A stretch of 64,000 nt of DNA, taken from the NCBI GenBank assembly GCA_044344255.1, contig JBIJDH010000006.1, positions 32,001-96,000 of the forward strand, in the 5' to 3' direction. Source of the DNA: Myxococcota bacterium (GTDB taxonomy: Bacteria; Myxococcota_A; UBA796; UBA2385). Of the stretch, positions 58,020 to 64,000 are shown piece after piece. Position 1 is the stretch's first letter. Each line of letters begins with the position of its first letter. The translations under genes were made by a program, and so were the position numbers. Below the pieces are notes generated by a model. That model worked only from the letters and a program-made list of their open reading frames with translations, ran no database searches and was not told the DNA's origin.

Positions 58020-58211
58020 CCACACCGGCGCACCCCCCGCGTAGGGGGCGTCGCGCCGGGGGGCTGGGAGCGGAGGAGCATCGAGGCCCAGTAGAACACA
58101 TGGAGCGTGGGCCGGGGGCTCGATCGATCGGGCGCCCCCGCGGGGGGCACCGCGCTGGGGGCGGTGGAAGGGAGGGCCTCCGGGGAGATAGGGGCCCGTC
58201 CGGAGGGTGAG

Positions 58212-58838
58212 ATGGACGAACGAAAGGCGGCCCGCAGCCGCCCCCCGAACAGCCGAGACCGACAGCGCGAAGAGACGCGCCGGCGCCTGTTCGAAGAGGC
58301 GCTGGACATCTTCCGGCGCGACGGTGCCACCGAGGCCCGCATCGAGGACATTGCCCAGAAGGTGGGGGTGAGCCGGGGCACGTTCTACCTCTACTTCCCC
58401 ACCAAGGATGACGTGCTCACCGAGGTCCTCGCGGTGGCGGAGCGCGAGCACCTCCGCGACATCGATCGCATCGGCCCCGACGCGGACATCCACACGCTGC
58501 TCACCACCATCGGCGCCTCGATGGCCCGCCGCTGGGAGGACGACCCTCGGCTCTTCCTCGAGGTGGGGCTGATGGTCTTCCGGCGAGGGTCGAGTCAGCT
58601 CTCCGACTTCAGTCGGGATCCGCTCCGGATGGCCCTCTCGCACCGCTTCCACGGCGCGCTCAGCTCCGGGGAGGTCATCTCGGCGCTCCCCGCCGCCATC
58701 CTCGCCGACGCCTACCTCCTCAGCCTGTTCGCGGCGGCGGTGGCCTGGTGTGGCAACCCGATCCTGCCCTTGCAGGCCGTGCTGGAGGGGGTCGGCAGCC
58801 TCTTCCTCTACGGGGTGGTGGCGCGGGAGGCGCGTTAG
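58212..58838 (+). CDS. TetR/AcrR family transcriptional regulator
   Basis: IEDIAQKVGVSRGTFYLYFPTKDDV HTH; GGAGGG RBS before ATG 58212. Confidence 0.93.
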   Translation: MDERKAARSRPPNSRDRQREETRRRLFEEALDIFRRDGATEARIEDIAQKVGVSRGTFYLYFPTKDDVLTEVLAVAEREHLRDIDRIGPDADIHTLLTTIGASMARRWEDDPRLFLEVGLMVFRRGSSQLSDFSRDPLRMALSHRFHGALSSGEVISALPAAILADAYLLSLFAAAVAWCGNPILPLQAVLEGVGSLFLYGVVAREAR

Positions 58839-58886
58839 CGCTGGGCGGCCGGCCGGGCTAATCGACCGTTCCTGCCCGGAGCGCAT

Positions 58887-60290
58887 ATGTCCTCGACCAT
58901 CGACTTCAATGTGGGTAACGTCAGCGTCGATCCTGCCCTCGTGGGCGAACTCAACCTGGGTGGCCTCGTCGGCGGGCCCTCGCTCGCGGGCGGGCCTGGG
59001 GGCGCTGAGGCCGCCGCGATCCTGGACGAGGCCAAGGCCTGCCTCGCCGAGGGAGAGGCTGAGAGCGCGCTCCGCCTGCTCGAGGGCCTGCTGCCCGGCA
59101 ACGGCGACGCCTGGGCCCTGGCCGCCTTCGCCGCCGAGTCGGTGGGCGCCATCGAGGACGCCGCCGCTTACCTTCGCGCCGCCCGCTCCCGCCCCTCCAC
59201 CGAGGAGGGCCGCGGCTGGATGGACCAAGTCGAGGCCGCGCTCGCCATCTACTCCGGCCGCGCCGGCCCCGGCCCGGGCATGCTCGGGCTGCTGGCCTCG
59301 CTCATCTCGCGCACCCCGCTCGAGGAGTGGCAGCTCCAGTCGGCGGAGCTTGACCTCGTGATGCTCGGCCGCGTGGTGATGAACCTCATCCAGGCCGGGC
59401 GCGGGCACGACCTCGAGCCCCTCTTCGAGGCCCGCGCCGAGTCCCTCATCCCGGGCATCCACGAGGGCCTCCGCCTCGTGTTGAGCGAGATCGGGGCCGA
59501 GGTCACCGACGACGGTGAGCCCAACTACATCTTCATCGGCGGCGTCGAGCGCTCCGGCGCCACGCTCTTCCGCGCGATGCTCGGCTCGCACCCGAACGTC
59601 CACGCCGGCCCCGAGCTCAAGATCGTCGCCTCGCTGGTGGCCACCCAGGAGGCCTGGGGCCGCCACTACGGCGCCGCGCTGGCCTCGAACGGCATCTCGC
59701 AGACCGCGGTGGATCAGGCCACCCGCTCCTTCCTGATGTCGCTGCTCTCCTCGGTGGGCCTGGGTAAGCGCGTCGCCGAGAAGACCCCGCACAACCTCCT
59801 CTACATGCGCACGCTCGGCCGCCTCTTCCCGCGCGCGCGCTTCATCCACGTCGTCCGCGACGGCCGCTCGGTGGCCGCTTCGCTCGTCTCCCAGCCCTGG
59901 ACGGACGGCGCGACCGGGCAGACCATGCCCCAGTGTGAGAGCGCGGTCGCGGCCGCCCGGAGCTGGGTGGAGACCGTCACCGAGGTGCGGCGCCAGGCCG
60001 GCAGCGTGCCGGGGCGGTACCTCGAGGTCCGCTACGAGGCCCTGGTCAACGATCCCGTCCGCGTGATGGGCACCGTGCTGGCCTTCCTCGGCGAGCCTTG
60101 GAGCGACCGCGTGCTCCACCACACGAGCTCGGGCGTTCAGCTCCCGGCCCACGAGCTGGCCAGCGCCGAGGTCAAGAAGCCGCTTCACAACAGCGACACC
60201 CACCTCTGGCGGCGCAAGCTCACCATCGAAGACCTCGACGAGGTCAACGCCGTGGCCGGCCCCACCCTGCGGCTGCTCGGCTACACCTGA
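58887..60290 (+). CDS. Sulfotransferase (Sulfotransfer_3 / TPST-like) with helical TPR-like N-terminus
   Basis: FIGGVERSGATLFRAMLGSHP, EKTP, FIHVVRDGRSVAAS, VRYEALV, FLGEPW. Confidence 0.9.
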   Translation: MSSTIDFNVGNVSVDPALVGELNLGGLVGGPSLAGGPGGAEAAAILDEAKACLAEGEAESALRLLEGLLPGNGDAWALAAFAAESVGAIEDAAAYLRAARSRPSTEEGRGWMDQVEAALAIYSGRAGPGPGMLGLLASLISRTPLEEWQLQSAELDLVMLGRVVMNLIQAGRGHDLEPLFEARAESLIPGIHEGLRLVLSEIGAEVTDDGEPNYIFIGGVERSGATLFRAMLGSHPNVHAGPELKIVASLVATQEAWGRHYGAALASNGISQTAVDQATRSFLMSLLSSVGLGKRVAEKTPHNLLYMRTLGRLFPRARFIHVVRDGRSVAASLVSQPWTDGATGQTMPQCESAVAAARSWVETVTEVRRQAGSVPGRYLEVRYEALVNDPVRVMGTVLAFLGEPWSDRVLHHTSSGVQLPAHELASAEVKKPLHNSDTHLWRRKLTIEDLDEVNAVAGPTLRLLGYT

Positions 60291-60324
60291 GCCCGAGGGC
60301 GGCTGCCTTGGGGTGTCATGGTCT

Positions 60325-60356
60325 GAAGAGCCGTAGGAAGAGCCGTAGGAAGAGCC
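60325..60356. repeat. 12-bp tandem repeat GAAGAGCCGTAG x2.7 over the RBS of the GspE/PilB gene
   Basis: Units at 60325, 60337, 60349 (partial). Confidence 0.85.
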
Positions 60357-60357
60357 T

Positions 60358-62184
60358 TTGACGGACCCGAAGCGCCTCGGTGACATCCTCGATCTGCTGG
60401 TCGGGCGGGGCATCTTGCACGCAGGCCAGCGGCAGGACGTCCTGAACCGGGGCGCCGAACAGTCGCGCCACATCCTGCTCGACAAGCGCGCCGAGCTGCG
60501 GCGGCTGCTCGGGCGGGCGCGCGTGGCCTATCAGGTCACCGAGATCGAGCTCATCGCCAGCTTCCGCTTCAAGCGGGAGAAGCATGGCAAGGCCGAGACG
60601 CCCTTCGTCGATGAGGAGCTCGTCACCCGCGAGGTGGCCGAGTGGCTCAGCATCCCCTACGTCCACCTCGACCCCCTCCAGCTCGACTACAAGCTGGTGA
60701 CCGAGGCCTTCGGCGGGCCCTTCGCCGAGCGGCACCTCGTCATCGCCATCGCCGACAGCCCGGCGGCCCTGACCCTCGCCGTCACCGATCCCTGGAACCG
60801 CGAGCTCTTCGAGAGCATCGCCCGGGTCAAGAACAAGCCCATCCGGCTCGCCCTCGCGCAGAAGGCGCAGATCCTCCAGGTCATCGTCGAGTTCCACGGC
60901 TTCCGCCGCTCGATGCGGGCCGCGGAGATCGAGCGCGACTCTGACTTGCCCGACCTCGGCAACCTCGAGCAGCTCTACGAGCTCACCAACGCCGCCGAGC
61001 TCGACGCCAACGACCAGCCGGTGGTGCGGGCGGTCTGGTACCTCCTCAACTACGCCTTCGAGCACCGCGCGAGCGACATCCACATCGAGCCCAAGCGCGA
61101 CGAGGCCCTCGTCCGCATGCGCATCGACGGCGTCCTCCACACCGTGCACCGGCTGCCGCGGGTCGTGCACCCGGCCCTCGTGAGCCGCGTGAAGATGCTG
61201 GCGCGCATGGACATCGCCGAGCGGCGCCGGCCCCAGGACGGGCGCTTCAAGACCACCTTCAAGGACGACGAGATCGAGCTCCGCGTCTCGACGGTGCCGA
61301 TCGCCTTCGGGGAGAAGGTGGTGGTGCGCGTCTTTGACCCCGGCGTGCTGCAGCTCGGCCTCGAGAACCTGGGCTTCTTCCCCCGAGAGCTCGGCCTCGT
61401 CCGCAATATGCTCGCCACCCGCAACGGCATGGTGCTGGTGGTGGGCCCCACCGGCAGCGGCAAGACGACCACCCTCTACAGCGCGCTGCACCACGTCTCG
61501 TCGCCGCGGCTCAACATCGTCACCCTCGAAGACCCCATCGAGAACGTGCACGACGCCTTCAACCAGATCGCGATGCAGCCGAAGATCGGCCTCACCTTCG
61601 GCTCCGCCCTGCGCAACGTGCTGCGGCAAGACCCCGACGTCGTGATGGTGGGCGAGATCCGCGACGAGGAGACCGCCCAGAACGCCGTGCAGGCCGCGCT
61701 CACCGGCCACCAGGTGCTCTCGACCATCCACACGGGCGAGGCCTCGGGGGCGGTGGGCCGCCTGATGGACCTGGGCGTGCTGCCCTTCCTCCTCTCGAGC
61801 GTGCTCGTGGGGGTCATCGCCCAGCGCCTCGTGCGCAAGATCTGCCCCTTCTGCGCCCAGGAGGAGCTGCTGACCGAGGAGCAGGCCCTGGCGCTGCGCA
61901 TCCCGGGCACCCGCGGCCGGCGCCTCGCCATCCAGCGGGGGGCGGGCTGCGTGCGCTGCCGCTTCACCGGCTACAAGGGCCGCACGGGGATCTTCGAGGT
62001 CATGCCGATCACGCCGCGGCTCCAGCGCCTGATCAACGACAAGGCGAGCTCGCAAGACCTCAAGCGCGAGGCCCTGAACGACGGGATGCTGACGCTCCGC
62101 GAGTACGGCATCAAGAAGCTGGCGCAGGGGGAGACCACCTTCGAGGAGGTGATCGCCAACTCCGACGACCGCCCGGTCTACTGA
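60358..62184 (+). CDS. GspE/PilB-family secretion/pilus assembly ATPase
   Basis: RLGDIL N-terminus; ASDIHIEP, PQDGR, GPTGSGKTTTLY, LEDPIE, LRQDPDVVMVGEIRD, CxxC pairs, GYKGR. Confidence 0.95.
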   Translation: MTDPKRLGDILDLLVGRGILHAGQRQDVLNRGAEQSRHILLDKRAELRRLLGRARVAYQVTEIELIASFRFKREKHGKAETPFVDEELVTREVAEWLSIPYVHLDPLQLDYKLVTEAFGGPFAERHLVIAIADSPAALTLAVTDPWNRELFESIARVKNKPIRLALAQKAQILQVIVEFHGFRRSMRAAEIERDSDLPDLGNLEQLYELTNAAELDANDQPVVRAVWYLLNYAFEHRASDIHIEPKRDEALVRMRIDGVLHTVHRLPRVVHPALVSRVKMLARMDIAERRRPQDGRFKTTFKDDEIELRVSTVPIAFGEKVVVRVFDPGVLQLGLENLGFFPRELGLVRNMLATRNGMVLVVGPTGSGKTTTLYSALHHVSSPRLNIVTLEDPIENVHDAFNQIAMQPKIGLTFGSALRNVLRQDPDVVMVGEIRDEETAQNAVQAALTGHQVLSTIHTGEASGAVGRLMDLGVLPFLLSSVLVGVIAQRLVRKICPFCAQEELLTEEQALALRIPGTRGRRLAIQRGAGCVRCRFTGYKGRTGIFEVMPITPRLQRLINDKASSQDLKREALNDGMLTLREYGIKKLAQGETTFEEVIANSDDRPVY

Positions 62185-62193
62185 GCTTGGCGC

Positions 62194-63336
62194 CTAGCGC
62201 GGCGCGGGCCGGTCACGCCGCCGCCGCAGGGCCGCGAGGCCGAGCAGGCCGCCCGGGAGGAGGAGCAGGCCCGTGTACTCGGCCTCATATGCGCTCTCTT
62301 CCATCAGGTAGATGACGGTGCTCGACTCCACCCCCTCGCCGGTGTCGGTGAAGACGGGGTCGATGGTGTTGGTGGAGGGGGCGACGACGGCGTCGTAGCG
62401 GGTGAGCCAGGCCGCCCCGCCCTCGTTGCTGTAGTCGCGTGAGGCCGCCTGCCAGGCCACCGGTTGGTCCCCACCGAGGGTGTAGAGGTGCTCCCAGTAC
62501 AGGCCGGAGGGATCTTCGTAGTCGGGGCCGACGACGTCGTAGCTGTGGCCCCCGGCGCGGTCGGGGTTCTCGGGGGCCGACCAGCCCGAGAGGGCCGCGG
62601 TGCCGGCGCCGAGCACGAGCAGCTCGGTGTGGATGGTCTCGACGGTGGAGCTCTGGGAGAGGCGGGCGGGGAAGATCGCGTGGAGGGCGCCGTCAGCGGC
62701 GGGGCCGTAGTGGATCTCGATCGGGTCGAGCACCACGCCTTCCACGGTGAGGTACTCGGGCGCGATCTGCACGGCGACGAACTCGTAGTCGAGCGGATCG
62801 GCGACGTAGGCGTCAATGGCGCCCTGCAGCATGCTCGCGTTGTAGCCGTGCTCGGTGAGCCAGGTGGAGAGGCCGTCGGCGTCGGTGGCGGCGAGGGTGG
62901 TGTAGCTCAGGTTCCCAGCGAAGCCCTGGCCGGTGATGGTCACGCCGTTGGAGTCGCCGCCCCCGAGCGCGGAGTCGGACATGCCGCCCTTGACCGCGCC
63001 ACAGCCGCAGCGGCCGGACTCGGCCTCGGCCTCGGCGATGGCGGGGTCTACCTCGACTTGGGGAGCGGAGGCCTCCAGCAGGGTGTCGAGCCAGGCAGCG
63101 TCGCCCTCCACCACCTCGGTGATGGTGCCCGGAACGGCGATCACCCAGGCGAAGTCGGCGGCGTCGCCGTTGTAGCGGGCCCGGTAGGTGACCGCGATCT
63201 CCCCCGGCGTGCGGGTGTCGAAGAGGGCCTGCTGGGCGTCCGAGGAGACGAGAGAGCCCTCCTGGGGGGCGAAGCCGCCGCAGGCCTGGGCCTCGGGGAG
63301 GAGGGCGGCGGAGAGCCAGAGCAGGATGGGCGTCAT
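62194..63336 (-). CDS. DUF2330-domain protein, exported, with C-terminal TM-Arg tail
   Basis: AQACGGF, YNGDAADFAWVIAVP, L.TWL..HGY, FVAVQ, WLTR; tail LLLLPGGLLGLAALRRRR. Confidence 0.82.
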   Translation of the reverse strand: MTPILLWLSAALLPEAQACGGFAPQEGSLVSSDAQQALFDTRTPGEIAVTYRARYNGDAADFAWVIAVPGTITEVVEGDAAWLDTLLEASAPQVEVDPAIAEAEAESGRCGCGAVKGGMSDSALGGGDSNGVTITGQGFAGNLSYTTLAATDADGLSTWLTEHGYNASMLQGAIDAYVADPLDYEFVAVQIAPEYLTVEGVVLDPIEIHYGPAADGALHAIFPARLSQSSTVETIHTELLVLGAGTAALSGWSAPENPDRAGGHSYDVVGPDYEDPSGLYWEHLYTLGGDQPVAWQAASRDYSNEGGAAWLTRYDAVVAPSTNTIDPVFTDTGEGVESSTVIYLMEESAYEAEYTGLLLLPGGLLGLAALRRRRDRPAPR

Positions 63337-63400
63337 CGGTGTCCCTCGTTGTCTTGGGCCCATTTTAGGGCCGCGGAGGCGGAGAGGCTACCGGCGCAGA

Positions 63401-64000
63401 TCAGGGCGCGGCGGTGTCTGTCCCACCGGCGGTGGGCTCGCTGCACCAAGAGGCCCAGGCGTCGATGCCGCTGGTCTCGAAGGGGGACGGCTGCCCGAAG
63501 ACGTGGACAGGCAGCCACTCGAGCATCGCCTCGTACTCGGGCTGGGTCACCGTGTGACCCTGCTCGTGGTAACAGCGCACGACGTAGCTCTCGTCGGTGA
63601 GGAGCTGCGCCTGGAGGCTGTCGGTGGCGATCGTGAAGTCGACCAGCTTGAAGGAGCTGTTCGGCCAGGCGTCGTCCACGCCGCCGGTGGCGAGGTAGAC
63701 GGGGATCGGCCAGGAGGGGCTGCCGTACTGAGAGATGGTGTTGGGCAGCAGCGCGTTCTCGATGTCGGAGCCGCCCGACATCTCGAGCACGGTGGAGAAG
63801 GTGTCGGCCCGCTCGCGCAGCAGCACGCTCTCAAAGAGGGAGCCCCCCGAGAAGCCGGCCGAGGCGACGCGGTAGAGATCGATGTCAAAGGTCTCGGCGA
63901 GGCAGGTGCGGAGGTCGTCGTAGAGCACGAGGTCGAGCTCGTCCTGGTCAAAGACCTCCCACATCGCGAAGCTGAAGTTGGCGATGGTCATGTCGCGCGA
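63401..64000 (-). CDS. Alpha/beta hydrolase (esterase/PHB-depolymerase-like), C-terminal part
   Basis: C...FDID..RVASAGFSGG elbow, GG..D, HEQGH; begins beyond the window. Confidence 0.75.
   Translation of the reverse strand, partial: SRDMTIANFSFAMWEVFDQDELDLVLYDDLRTCLAETFDIDLYRVASAGFSGGSLFESVLLRERADTFSTVLEMSGGSDIENALLPNTISQYGSPSWPIPVYLATGGVDDAWPNSSFKLVDFTIATDSLQAQLLTDESYVVRCYHEQGHTVTQPEYEAMLEWLPVHVFGQPSPFETSGIDAWASWCSEPTAGGTDTAAP

Noticed and set aside
55320..60290. Saxitoxin biosynthesis cluster
   Set aside because: Only I/J/K-like genes and a sulfotransferase; no sxtA-like PKS, amidinotransferase or other core genes, and such trios are widespread.
57243..60485. 1080-aa ORF in the track
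   Set aside because: Mostly the antisense shadow of the TetR and sulfotransferase genes; only the last ~258 codons look like a real protein.
60358..62184. Complete T2SS/T4P locus
   Set aside because: Lone ATPase; no pilins, platform protein or secretin in the window.

Overview
Very GC-rich bacterial DNA, most consistent with a Myxococcota/deltaproteobacterium (many Cys/Asp-rich lipoproteins, MopE-like and FG-GAP repeats, DUF2330, GspE/PilB ATPase, Ser/Thr kinase). About 48 genes were called by motif recognition only; no database search was run. The window holds: a glycan locus (carbamoyltransferase, flippase, wecB); thiG-thiE-B12 radical SAM; tandem PKD surface proteins with a GT-C-like membrane protein; tRNA-Leu(CAG); a sigma54-type promoter driving two beta-propeller lipoproteins, followed by a beta-barrel gene; a 2008-aa Hhe-type DUF4011-helicase-nuclease-DUF3320 protein; DUF47-Pit; JAB-DinG and thrC; and a ~5 kb island bracketed by diverged direct repeats (ISAs1 remnant, histidine kinase, response regulator, REC-nucleotide cyclase, cNMP-binding relic). 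The best candidate for an undescribed system is a five-gene translationally coupled operon (35818-40208, minus strand). It encodes a His-rich lipoprotein, a putative partner protein, a DUF692/MNIO enzyme, a TPM-like membrane protein and a ~400-aa protein ending in a His patch, WGGSD repeats and an SSC-SSC-SSC-GGGG tail that looks like a protein-fused RiPP substrate. The second candidate is an operon encoding a ferritin-like diiron protein fused to an SxtJ-like segment, a carbamoyltransferase and a DUF5989/SxtK-like peptide.
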